Shown here: piece after piece, positions 14,814 through 24,600 of the stretch
How the letters are laid out: each line of letters starts with the position of its first letter
How positions within the stretch are numbered: position 1 is the first letter of the stretch
Source: a virus
Virus record (IMG/VR): IMGVR_UViG_3300009417_000002
Location: 1 to 36,839 of that record
DNA: 36,839 bases
Direction: 5' to 3' (one strand)
The notes under the pieces: model-generated
What the model saw: the letters and a program-made list of their open reading frames with translations, nothing else
The model's database searches: none
Told to the model about the DNA's origin: nothing
Translations under genes and position numbers: made by a program

Positions 14814-15201
14814 ACTTCTTACTTATTTTGAAGTTTAAGCAAATTTTCAATTTAGTTGGTAAACCGTCGTCCCCAATTACCACTAATTCAATTTTATAAT
14901 TCTTATTTAAAACACCTTCATTTCCGCAAATTGGCAAATTAACAAGTAAATCGTCGCCATCTAAATTAGGCTGAATAGTTCCAACAACTGTTGTAAATAC
15001 AGTTGTTACATCAGTTCCTTCTAAAATATCAATTATTTTAATTGATCCAACTGAACTTAAAAATATACCTTCTGGAAGTTTTCCTTCAAAATCAACAACT
15101 ATATTAAAACACTCATCTGGATCTATCTCAAAATTAAAATCAGATCCACAAGAACAATCATCTGCCTTGAAATCAAAAACTATATGAGCTGTATCAATCA
15201 T
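14806..15201 (-). CDS. Hypothetical protein
   Basis: 131-aa ORF, acidic, beta-rich, containing several Cys. Confidence 0.5.
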   Translation of the reverse strand: MIDTAHIVFDFKADDCSCGSDFNFEIDPDECFNIVVDFEGKLPEGIFLSSVGSIKIIDILEGTDVTTVFTTVVGTIQPNLDGDDLLVNLPICGNEGVLNKNYKIELVVIGDDGLPTKLKICLNFKISKKCE

Positions 15202-15237
15202 AATATATTCCTTCTTCTGGTATTTTAGTTCTAATTA

Positions 15238-15462
15238 TTACTTTTTTGCGTTTTCTTCAACCACCACTTTTGGTTGTTTATCTACTTTTCCAACTATGTA
15301 TTGCACAAATGCCAATGCTACAATTACAATTCCTTGTATTGCGTCTTGCATTTCTATTGTTGAAATATATCCAGATAATGGGGCAAGAATTAATATTGCC
15401 ATTTTTTCAATAACACCTTTTCCAAATCCTAGTTTAATTAAAACTTTGTATATGTAATTCAT
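15238..15462 (-). CDS. Holin-like two-TM protein
   Basis: 74 aa with two hydrophobic segments (MAILILAPLSGYI and GIVIVALAFVQYIVG) and a charged C-terminus. It lies in the lysis cassette. Confidence 0.5.
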   Translation of the reverse strand: MNYIYKVLIKLGFGKGVIEKMAILILAPLSGYISTIEMQDAIQGIVIVALAFVQYIVGKVDKQPKVVVEENAKK

Positions 15463-15590
15463 TTTATATTCCTATTAAAATATTTATTATAAACACTTTT
15501 CACAATCCAAGTTAAATCTATATAAAATCTATCTTTATTTAATTGTAATATGCTTTTAATATTATTCCTAATTGCTTTTATTAAATTCAT
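15459..15590 (-). CDS. 43-aa basic protein, below the ORF-track cutoff
   Basis: Sequence MNLIKAIRNNIKSILQLNKDRFYIDLTWIVKSVYNKYFNRNIK. The start is coupled to the upstream stop (TAATG) and the stop to the downstream start (ATGA). This fills a 127-nt gap that would otherwise be empty. Confidence 0.45.
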   Translation of the reverse strand: MNLIKAIRNNIKSILQLNKDRFYIDLTWIVKSVYNKYFNRNIK

Positions 15591-15871
15591 TATTGTTGGT
15601 TTATTATACCACAATCTACAACTATTCCTTCTGGGCTTTCTATGGTTCTGGCTTTGAAGGTTCCATAGTTTGTAGTTGTAATAGTATAACCACTTTCAAT
15701 TAAAAAAACTTTAGTTACTTCATTTCCGCTGTCATCAACTGTTACAGTAGATTCACTTTCGTTTGTTTCAGTTACACTTGAATCACTTGAACAATCAACG
15801 CTTTGTGAAATCTTTCCAGATCCGCAACCAAAACTAAAAATTATCAATAATATTAAAAAACACTTCTTCAT
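15590..15871 (-). CDS. Lipoprotein (outer-membrane spanin-like candidate)
   Basis: 93 aa. The signal peptide ends FSFGC (non-canonical lipobox). The start is embedded 38 nt inside the endolysin gene in another frame. Confidence 0.5.
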   Translation of the reverse strand: MKKCFLILLIIFSFGCGSGKISQSVDCSSDSSVTETNESESTVTVDDSGNEVTKVFLIESGYTITTTNYGTFKARTIESPEGIVVDCGIINQQ

Positions 15872-16352
15872 ATTTTACCTTTTTATTGTTTAAAACTTTT
15901 GATGTATAATTAGGATCGCCCCCGCCGTTATATCTTAATATGCCCGCATATAAATCGCCTTTTTCTTGATTAATTTTAGATCTTAAACACTTTGCACCAT
16001 AATATAAATTAGTCTTAGGATCGTTCAATTCAGAACAGAAATCGCCCTTAAACCCAAGTTCCCTTGCTGTCTGCCCCATTATCTGACATAGCCCCCAACT
16101 CATTGATCTACTATGCTTTTCAGTTTTATATGAGCAAACACCCTTGCTGTGATGTCCAATTAATGGTCTTTGATTTCTAACATACCTAACATAAAAACCT
16201 TCTTCATATCTTATTGCGTCTGGATTACCTTTTGATTCAGTCCATACTATAGCTTTCAGTATCTCTGGATCTATATTAAATTCGGAACAAACTTTATTTA
16301 TGTAAAATTTAAGACTTGTTAATTTATAATAGTTTTGCAATTTATTTATCAT
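15834..16352 (-). CDS. Endolysin, lytic transglycosylase (SLT domain)
   Basis: 172 aa with no signal sequence. It carries AIVWTESKGNPDAIRYEE, SWGLCQIMG and RYNGGG motifs. Confidence 0.8.
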   Translation of the reverse strand: MINKLQNYYKLTSLKFYINKVCSEFNIDPEILKAIVWTESKGNPDAIRYEEGFYVRYVRNQRPLIGHHSKGVCSYKTEKHSRSMSWGLCQIMGQTARELGFKGDFCSELNDPKTNLYYGAKCLRSKINQEKGDLYAGILRYNGGGDPNYTSKVLNNKKVKYEEVFFNIIDNF

Positions 16353-16677
16353 TTTGGCACTTATTTAATTCAATTTTACAATTTTCAAGGTTTTCTTCCA
16401 ACTTTGTAATCCGACTATTTAAGTCAAGAATCTTACCGTCTTGAATATCCTTCTTAAATTGCATTGTTATTTCAAATTCCTTATGTCTATACTGCATTTC
16501 TTGACTTTGTCGATCGTGTGAATTTCTAACTAAGTCTTCTATCTCTGGCTTGATTATTAAATAAAAAGTTCCTAATGCACCAAAAAAAGCAATAACTAGA
16601 TAAGCCGTACTTGCTGACATTATTGAAACTTTTTCTTCTGGAACTGCTTTTAGCTTTTCTTCACTCTTATCAACCAT
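16342..16677 (-). CDS. N-terminal TM plus coiled-coil protein (inner-membrane spanin-like or holin)
   Basis: 111 aa. The TM segment is AYLVIAFFGALGTFYLII, followed by a helical, charged C-terminal region. It overlaps the endolysin start by 11 nt. Confidence 0.45.
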   Translation of the reverse strand: MVDKSEEKLKAVPEEKVSIMSASTAYLVIAFFGALGTFYLIIKPEIEDLVRNSHDRQSQEMQYRHKEFEITMQFKKDIQDGKILDLNSRITKLEENLENCKIELNKCQNDK

Positions 16678-16679
16678 TG

Positions 16680-17048
16680 TTACTTTTTATTTTTGTCTTT
16701 TTCTTTATTTTTTTTTCTTTCTTCCATTTCGACATACTTCTTTTCTTTGATGTCATCTGGTATTCCACCAGTTGCTAAGATTAAATCCCTTGAAGTAAAT
16801 TTACCACTATCAATAACTTTCATTGATTTAGCTTTTTCAGCTTCTACTTCTTCGATTATCTCGTTGTTTGTCGTATTCAATTCTTCGTCTGTTTCTGGAA
16901 TTGTATTATTTGTTAAAACTTCTTCTGCTTCTTTCTCGCTTAACTCTATATAGTCATCTAAGTTAATTCTAAGTTTTAACTGTTCTTCTGTAATTTCAGA
17001 ACTAAAAACCTTTAGTTCGCTACCTTCTTTACTTTTATAATATAACAT
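16680..17048 (-). CDS. Hypothetical acidic protein with K-rich tail
   Basis: 122-aa ORF lying between the tail genes and the lysis genes. Confidence 0.5.
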   Translation of the reverse strand: MLYYKSKEGSELKVFSSEITEEQLKLRINLDDYIELSEKEAEEVLTNNTIPETDEELNTTNNEIIEEVEAEKAKSMKVIDSGKFTSRDLILATGGIPDDIKEKKYVEMEERKKNKEKDKNKK

Positions 17049-17603
17049 TTAATTACTTTCCCTTAAAAAATATGTAAACAGATTAGCACCCCACGCCCCA
17101 GTATTGGCAGTAGTTCTCATACCATAAAAATTTGAACAGAACGCCCTTAAAACAACTGGTAAAGTTGCCCCCGCATTTAGTTGCCTAATATGAATCATAC
17201 GACTGTGAAGTTGAAGTTCTTGAACTAAATTTGAAACCCCCCCTTGATCGTGTCTTTCAGTTTTCAAATCAACACTTGGTTGAAGTCCATTATATCTCAA
17301 TGTTGAATAATTCCCGACGCCACCAGTATAGGTTCTTTGGGTAATATGAGCCACCATTAAAACATATACGGGGCAAGAATATGGATTTACTACTGTCTGG
17401 TCGCACATTACAACACTTAAACCAGCGGAAGGCGTAAAATTTCCACTGTCTGTTGTTAATTCATTAAAAGCTATATTATCCATTAAAGAAACTTCTGTAG
17501 CTAAATCTTGAATTGCTGTTTTTATATCTTCGCAAGAAGTACCCCCGCAAGAGTTACATAAATCATCAATACTTGTTGGTATTTGAAAACAGTTTAAAGT
17601 CAT
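17049..17603 (-). CDS. Distal tail / receptor-binding candidate (Cys-rich N-terminus)
   Basis: 184 aa, the last gene of the tail block. The N-terminus is MTLNCFQIPTSIDDLCNSCGGTSC. Confidence 0.45.
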   Translation of the reverse strand: MTLNCFQIPTSIDDLCNSCGGTSCEDIKTAIQDLATEVSLMDNIAFNELTTDSGNFTPSAGLSVVMCDQTVVNPYSCPVYVLMVAHITQRTYTGGVGNYSTLRYNGLQPSVDLKTERHDQGGVSNLVQELQLHSRMIHIRQLNAGATLPVVLRAFCSNFYGMRTTANTGAWGANLFTYFLRESN

Positions 17604-17613
17604 AGTTTCTTCC

Positions 17614-20088
17614 TTAAATTGGATCGTTTATATGTATTAGTAAACGCCCAGTTATTTTAATTGTTGGTAAGCCTTTAAAAGGCAAATCATATGTTAAATT
17701 GTTTATCTGCACCCGAACTTGTTGAGCTGAATAGTTTGTTAATCCGCTTACCGAATCACAATTATTTTCAATATCAACAAAATAATCTGGATTAGATCCC
17801 GAACAACTCGGTGTTAAAGTAGAATTTATTAATAAAACATCTAATGGTTTTAATGATAAAAACTTATGTAAAACAATTCTAAAAGTGATATATTCATTTG
17901 GTAGATCGTGCTGACTTAACATTAACCTAGCAACTGAATTTGCTGATATATCATCAGCTAACCACTTATATTTATCTTCCTTTAACTCTTTTGTTCCGAA
18001 TAGCTTATAGCTATCTAATGCTAAAGTTTGTCCTATTCCACTATCATTATAATTCATATTAAGGATTTTACCAAACCCCCTATATTCTTTTTGTTGCTCG
18101 TCTTCAAAGTCTTCAACAACATCATAACGCCGATCATAAGCCATAGAAACTTTGTTAATAATACTTTTCAAATCATTGATAGTAAACTTTTCAAAGGTTA
18201 CTAAATCGTCATCAGTTAAAGTAAATAAATCAGTTTCTGGAACTCCGTCTGCATAAAGTCCCAACTTCTGATTTCCAACCCCTACATATGCAAGCCTAGA
18301 ATAAGAATCTCTCGCTAATTGCTTTATCAATTCTGTATTAAATACCCTTCCTTCGGTTGAACCACTCGTAGTTCTTCCAAAAGCCCACCCACCACTTATA
18401 TTGTATTGGCTATGCGTATGTAAAAAACAATTCTTTTCAAAATAACCACCTTCCCAATTGTTAGTTAAGGGATTGAATCGGTGTAATAATGTATCAACTT
18501 GGTTATGCGTTTGATCTATTAATTGCCCAGTAGTTCCAGTAACAGAACCCGTTGAATCAATTAAACCGTCCACTTCTAATATTATATCTAAATTTGAATC
18601 TTCTGGTTGAGTTCCAGTTCCTAAAGCGTTATATCTCAATTGAAAAAGCCTAGCACCTAAACCGTCGGTATTAACTTGTTCAATGCCTAATTCGTCAAAA
18701 TAACAAGCGTAAAAACCAAAATGAGCTGATCTCTGCCCCCTTAATTTTAAATGGTCTGGGTGTGAATCTTCTGGATCTTCAACGGTTCTATATCTGTTTA
18801 AATGGGTTCCTTGCGTATTCCAAGTTGGCACCTTTATTCTGTTTGGGCTGTCTGGTTTCTGCCCAGTAGAAGTGAAGGATAAAAAATACCCCCTATGTTG
18901 CCCGTCATTAACTTCACGGCTATTTATTGGAACTAATCTATCAAAATAAAATTGAACTGGGTATTGTTGATCGCCCATAATCCAACTTGGGGCATATCCT
19001 TGCCCTAGATCAAATAATGGAACTTTTGCTTCTGCAATATGACTTGATTCCCAATCTGGGGAACCGTCGGCTTTCATTGGATAAACTCTAAATATTAATT
19101 CGTCGCCGTCATCAACTGCAACTTCGCCAGATCCATTTCCTTGAATTAAGAACTGCCCGCCGTAAATAACTTTAGGATTATCAATATTATTTGGATCAAA
19201 ATTAATTGGATAATACCAACGCTGATTGTTTCTTGATTGCGTTCCAACATTTGGAACTCTTGGAAATCCTAGAATTGTAGAATTACCATTTCCCATTATA
19301 TCGCCTTGCACAAAATTAACTGGCTGAACTTCTGATAAGGCTCTGGAAGTTACTTTGTAATATTTGCGTTCTTCGTCCGTTTCCCCTTCTAGTTGCCTAA
19401 CTAGAACTTCTTTAACACCGCCACCGTCGAACCAGTTAGCGTATGTATTATCGCCAAAAGTAGTCTGATATGCCCACTTCTGCCCATACTGAAAGGAATT
19501 ACCGTTAATGTTATCTTTATGAGTTTTAACAACAATTGGTTTCACTTGGCGGTCTGAACCTAATACTAATGGAACAAACTTACCTAAACTTGAATCTGGG
19601 GCGTCTGGATAAAGTTCAGTTGTTATTTCTTGTTCTGCAATGTATTTTTTATCTTCCCAGTCATACCGCATAGATATTTCAAAACTTTCAGAACTGGCAT
19701 TAAATGATACACTTTCAACTATTCCACCCCATAAATTATCAAACTGGGGTTCACAATCCGAATCTTCGCAAGTTTCTGTTTGTCCAAATGCTAAAGTAAT
19801 TGGTTGTGCTGAAATAGTGTATTCACATAATAAATCGCTAAATCTTTTATTATGAGCAAAAGAACTTATAGAATTATCAATACTGGCTTTAGCTGATATT
19901 TTACTTGGGAAGTAATCATTTAGTTTTAAACCAAATCCAGATATAGACTTTAAAAGCGGAATAAACTTACAATTTGGATCATTTTTAATTGGTCTGTTGG
20001 TCAAATGAATCTGCATAGTATTAGAAGGATCATACTTGCCCATTAAATTTAGGGTTAAACAGTAGTATAAATCGTTTCCGCAAGCCAT
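17614..20088 (-). CDS. Large distal tail protein (Tal/baseplate-like, positional)
   Basis: 824 aa, the second largest ORF, located downstream of the TMP and Dit-like genes. The N-terminus is MACGND. Confidence 0.6.
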   Translation of the reverse strand: MACGNDLYYCLTLNLMGKYDPSNTMQIHLTNRPIKNDPNCKFIPLLKSISGFGLKLNDYFPSKISAKASIDNSISSFAHNKRFSDLLCEYTISAQPITLAFGQTETCEDSDCEPQFDNLWGGIVESVSFNASSESFEISMRYDWEDKKYIAEQEITTELYPDAPDSSLGKFVPLVLGSDRQVKPIVVKTHKDNINGNSFQYGQKWAYQTTFGDNTYANWFDGGGVKEVLVRQLEGETDEERKYYKVTSRALSEVQPVNFVQGDIMGNGNSTILGFPRVPNVGTQSRNNQRWYYPINFDPNNIDNPKVIYGGQFLIQGNGSGEVAVDDGDELIFRVYPMKADGSPDWESSHIAEAKVPLFDLGQGYAPSWIMGDQQYPVQFYFDRLVPINSREVNDGQHRGYFLSFTSTGQKPDSPNRIKVPTWNTQGTHLNRYRTVEDPEDSHPDHLKLRGQRSAHFGFYACYFDELGIEQVNTDGLGARLFQLRYNALGTGTQPEDSNLDIILEVDGLIDSTGSVTGTTGQLIDQTHNQVDTLLHRFNPLTNNWEGGYFEKNCFLHTHSQYNISGGWAFGRTTSGSTEGRVFNTELIKQLARDSYSRLAYVGVGNQKLGLYADGVPETDLFTLTDDDLVTFEKFTINDLKSIINKVSMAYDRRYDVVEDFEDEQQKEYRGFGKILNMNYNDSGIGQTLALDSYKLFGTKELKEDKYKWLADDISANSVARLMLSQHDLPNEYITFRIVLHKFLSLKPLDVLLINSTLTPSCSGSNPDYFVDIENNCDSVSGLTNYSAQQVRVQINNLTYDLPFKGLPTIKITGRLLIHINDPI

Positions 20089-20897
20089 TAAATCAATTCT
20101 TCCAAGTTTAAAGTTAAATCATAAGTAGATGGTTTCTGGATATTGTATTTAAAAGAATAGTTTTTTATATCTACATAAACCACAAAATCGCCACAAAACG
20201 CATAATCTAACTTGTCTATTACAAATAAGTTTGTAATATCTCTATTCCTTCCAATTATACACTCAAACTTGGATTTTGTATCAGCATCAATATTTTTGTA
20301 TTGCAAATTAAAACTTCTTACATTTCTTGAAATTTGCGGTCTTTTTAAATCTGTAAAATTTACAGTCATTGGATAGATCGGGTTTCTGTGAAATAAACCT
20401 TCACTTAAACAAAATCTTTTAAATTTTAGAGTTGCGGGAACTGGAAGTATAATTTCTATATTGTAATATTGATAAGGATTAGAAAAAACTAATCCAGAAG
20501 CTATAGTTTGAAAGTTTACCCCAATTAAATCAGTTGCATCAAATGTAATTGTTTGTGATTCACTTGCAACGGCGGGCGTAGTTCCCGCATATATATTTAC
20601 AGTTACCGTTCCCAGTGAAGCAATTTCAGAAACACCATCTATTACAAAACAATCTACTTGTTGCCAACTATTAGGATCAGCACCAAAATCAAATGCAAAT
20701 TCAAAATCAGTTTGTTGAATTGTTGAAATATACCCCTTTGGATTAGATCCAGTTGCTAAATATGTTTCAGATCCGCTTATTCCTTGCACTATCTCGCAAC
20801 ACTCTGGGCATTTATTCGGAACACAACCAGTTACTTTAACGCAAGGGTTTGTGTAACATAGTTTAATATCTGGTGTGCAATCTTTGAAACAAGTCAT
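20088..20897 (-). CDS. Tail tip/baseplate protein with Cys-knot-like N-terminus
   Basis: 269 aa with 8 Cys in the first 34 residues. Start and stop overlap the flanking genes. Confidence 0.5.
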   Translation of the reverse strand: MTCFKDCTPDIKLCYTNPCVKVTGCVPNKCPECCEIVQGISGSETYLATGSNPKGYISTIQQTDFEFAFDFGADPNSWQQVDCFVIDGVSEIASLGTVTVNIYAGTTPAVASESQTITFDATDLIGVNFQTIASGLVFSNPYQYYNIEIILPVPATLKFKRFCLSEGLFHRNPIYPMTVNFTDLKRPQISRNVRSFNLQYKNIDADTKSKFECIIGRNRDITNLFVIDKLDYAFCGDFVVYVDIKNYSFKYNIQKPSTYDLTLNLEELI

Positions 20898-21676
20898 TAT
20901 TGTAAATCTTCCAAAATATCAAATGTTAAGTTGTAATAGTCTTCTGCTGTCTTAGTATATCGGAAGTTAGAAACCCGCCCATAAATTAATTCTTTTTCAT
21001 TTATAAAATGCGTTCTATTAGTATTCCAGACATAAGCCCATTGAGTTTGCCAATTTAGAAAAAAACGCCTTTTAAATTGCCTAATAGCTACATCATCAAG
21101 CCCGTTATAAGTGAATTTATATCTTAATAGCGGTAATCCCGTTCTAACTTTATATTTGTACCCAGAAGTTGCGTACCTACTGGCTTTTCTTTGATCTATA
21201 AATTCTTCTGTAAAATTAGTTAAGCTGTAAATAGGATCTAAGAAGTTACCAAAAAATATTTTTCCAAAATTAAAATCAGTATTAACAATTGAGTTAAAAC
21301 AAACACGCCAATATTGATGATTACCAGTGTCCGCAAAAGTTTCAAAATAAGTATCATTTCTATTTCCAGTAATTTGAAAAGGTGTATTTACCGTTGTTAC
21401 ATTTACCCAAGTGATATTATCATCTGAATATTCTAATGTTACCGAAGTTGCCCCAGACAATTTAAGTAAATCAGCCCTTCCAATTATAAAATATTCCGCT
21501 GACTTCCCAGTAATTCCACAATTATATGTAATACAATTAGTTGTTGAACTGGAATTAAATTTGGTTCTTAAATAGCCATTTCCAGTGATAGAATTACAAA
21601 CTGTTTCAGAATCAGCTTTAACAGTTGAATTAAACGGTATATCTGGAACTGCAAAAAGAAAACAAGAATCATACAT
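20897..21676 (-). CDS. Distal tail protein (Dit-like, positional)
   Basis: 259 aa, immediately downstream of the tape measure gene. Confidence 0.5.
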   Translation of the reverse strand: MYDSCFLFAVPDIPFNSTVKADSETVCNSITGNGYLRTKFNSSSTTNCITYNCGITGKSAEYFIIGRADLLKLSGATSVTLEYSDDNITWVNVTTVNTPFQITGNRNDTYFETFADTGNHQYWRVCFNSIVNTDFNFGKIFFGNFLDPIYSLTNFTEEFIDQRKASRYATSGYKYKVRTGLPLLRYKFTYNGLDDVAIRQFKRRFFLNWQTQWAYVWNTNRTHFINEKELIYGRVSNFRYTKTAEDYYNLTFDILEDLQ

Positions 21677-24600
21677 TTACCCGTTCCCTTCTGGTAGATC
21701 AACCCCACCGTCCAGTACATCTTGGGCGGTTGCATCTGTTACATTTGAACTAACATTGATTTGATAATCTGTTGAAATACTATCTGGTATTCCGTCAATA
21801 CTTTTTCTTAATAATTCAATTTTATCTTGCGTGGATAGTGTAGCGTCGCCAAACCCCGCCATTGAATCTTGTAATTTATCAAATTCAACTTCGCCTATTT
21901 GTAATAATTGCCCTTCTGTCAAAAGCCCTTGCCCTTGCATCTCTTGAAGTTTAAAAGTAAGTTCTTCTGAACTACCACCAGTAAAATCAATCATTGTTGC
22001 CAATTGGCTAAATGCTTCTGGCATCTGCTCGCCTACAACCCCGTTCAGTTCAACAAAACCTTGCGTTGCTTCAACGGTATCTAATTTCAAAGTATCAAAT
22101 ATTCCTAGTTTCTTTTGCAAGTCTTCTGGAATCATTGTTGCCAATTGTTGCTTCAATCCAGTTGATGCACTTGCTAAACCTTCAAAACTTGTTATTCCTT
22201 CTGCCCCTATAGAATTTAAGGCTTCACTTATAGCACCAATTCCGCCTTCGCCTAGATTTAATTCTTCTAAATTAACACCTTCAAAAATAGTTCCAAAAAC
22301 ACCAGATAAATCAGTTTCCGCTGATACTGATTCTAATTGAACTTTTAATTCTTCTACTGTAAGCCCAACTGCATTTGCTAAACCATCTAATTGAGTTGGA
22401 TCAAAATCTTGTAAATTAAACAACTGCCCAATACCAAAATCAACGCCTTGTTGCCCCAGTATTGATTGAACATCATCAATTGCTAAACCTAAAGAACTAG
22501 CTAGTCCGCCAACACTGGTTTCAACATCTAAGTTTTCAAAGTTTAAACCTTCGCCAATCGTTCCTTGTATTCGATTTATTGCTTCGCCAATTTCCCCTTC
22601 TGATAATCCAAGTTCAGCACCAATACTTCTAATTCCTTCAATTACTTTACTGGCATCTAGTCCAGAAAAATCAAATGATTCAAAATCATTTGCTTCGTCA
22701 AGGTTGGTAATAAATTGTAATATATCTGAATTAGTTTCAGCCAATCCCGCTATGTTAAAATCTTGTCCTTCAAATATTCCATTTAGATTTTGTTGTAGTG
22801 ATCCAATCTTAGTAAGTGTACCGTCTATAAATGTATCAACGCCATTTGTATTAATTAACTCATCTGCTTGAATATCTAAACCACCTAAAATAGAAGTATC
22901 AAAATCGCCAAATTGTTTTTTTAGTTCTTCAATTGTAGATAAGAATTCAAATGCTGTTGCGTCGCCCGATTCAAATTGTGTTGCCACGCTTTGAAGTAAT
23001 CCGTCAAACCCTAAGCCCGCACCTTCCATTAATTGTTTTAATTGCTCGGTATCGCCTTTTAAGTTTACAAATAAAGAATTAATTACATTACTAGCACCCG
23101 CTACATCATCTGGATCAAGAACTTTTGCAAATGTTTTTCCTAGTGTATCAAATGTTGAAAAACTTTCTTCCCCTAAGCCTCCTAATGAATTTTTAATTTT
23201 ATCAATCTCTGCTGTTATTCCACCAGTATTTGAAATGTCGCCGAACGCATCTTTGGTTAATTCAAAACTTCCTTTTAAGAAGTCAAGCGTTCCGTCGCCT
23301 TTGAAAGTATCTAAATCTAAACTTGCATCTTTAATAATTTGATTTAAACCTTTAGTAATTCCTTCCCTTGCTTGTCCACCAACATTTTTAGAACCAAAAG
23401 CATCATTAATAAATGTTGTTGCCAATCCCGCCAATGCACCGCCTAATGGTCCAAAAAACACCGAACCTAATGTTGATGCAATAGTTGTTACACTAGCACC
23501 AGTAGAAGCAAAAGAATCTTCTAAATCACCAGTAAGTGTATTAACTAAAATATCGCCCGCTGGGATAAACTGGCTTGCTAATTGTCCCGCACCCGCTACC
23601 GCTATATTCTTAATTGAACTACTACTAAAACCGTCGGTTATTAATTCCGCTGTTGCTTCCCCAACTTTACCAAATGAACTTCCCGCAACTTTTAATATTG
23701 AATCTGAATTGATACCGTCTTGTAATAAAGTTCCCACTGAATTGGCTATTGCGTTGCTAGTTCCACCGCTGAAATTAAAAGATTTTATTAAGTCTGGGGC
23801 AAATGTTTTTCCAATATCAGTTAAGCCACCTTTTAAATCGCCGTCTAAAATATTAACAATTCCTTTTACTGATCCTTTTAACTTACTTGAATCTAATGAT
23901 CCTAAATCTAAATTATCTAATAAACCATCTAAGCCTAATTTATCTGATAGGTTAAAATCAAATGAACTTTCAAGCGTACTATCTAATGAATTAAATGTAC
24001 TGGATAATTTATCTAAACTAAAATCATCAAATAAACCTTTAACATCACTAAAAGTTCCTAATATATTTTTTCCACCTTCTACAACTGAATCTAAATTTAT
24101 ATTTTCAAAAATCCCGCCCAGTAGATCGCCACCACCACCAGAAAAAGCATCTTTAATTCCACCAAATACATTTCCTAAATCAACATCTTTAAATATCTTT
24201 CCAATTCCACCAAAAGCACTTTCTAAATCGAACCCTTCGCCTACAACTGATTTTAAAATACTTCCTAAATCGCCAACTGAACTTCCTACATCTGAAAAAT
24301 CTTTATCTGCAACGCAACTTAACTTCTCGCATAAGTTACCCATATCAATTGAACCACCTTTGGTTTTAGCAAATAGTGAACTTAATGATCCAGTTAGATT
24401 TGATACTGAACTTGATGCTGAACTTGTATCAGCTGTAATATTTCCAGTATTAGCAACACCACCAGTTGATATTGCACCAGAACTTGCACCAACTGAACTA
24501 ATACTTTGTTGTGTTTGTTGTAATTGCTGATTTAAACTTTGTACTGCTTTTTGTGTCGAACTTATAGCTGATTTACTTTGCTCTTGCCCAGTAGCTATGG

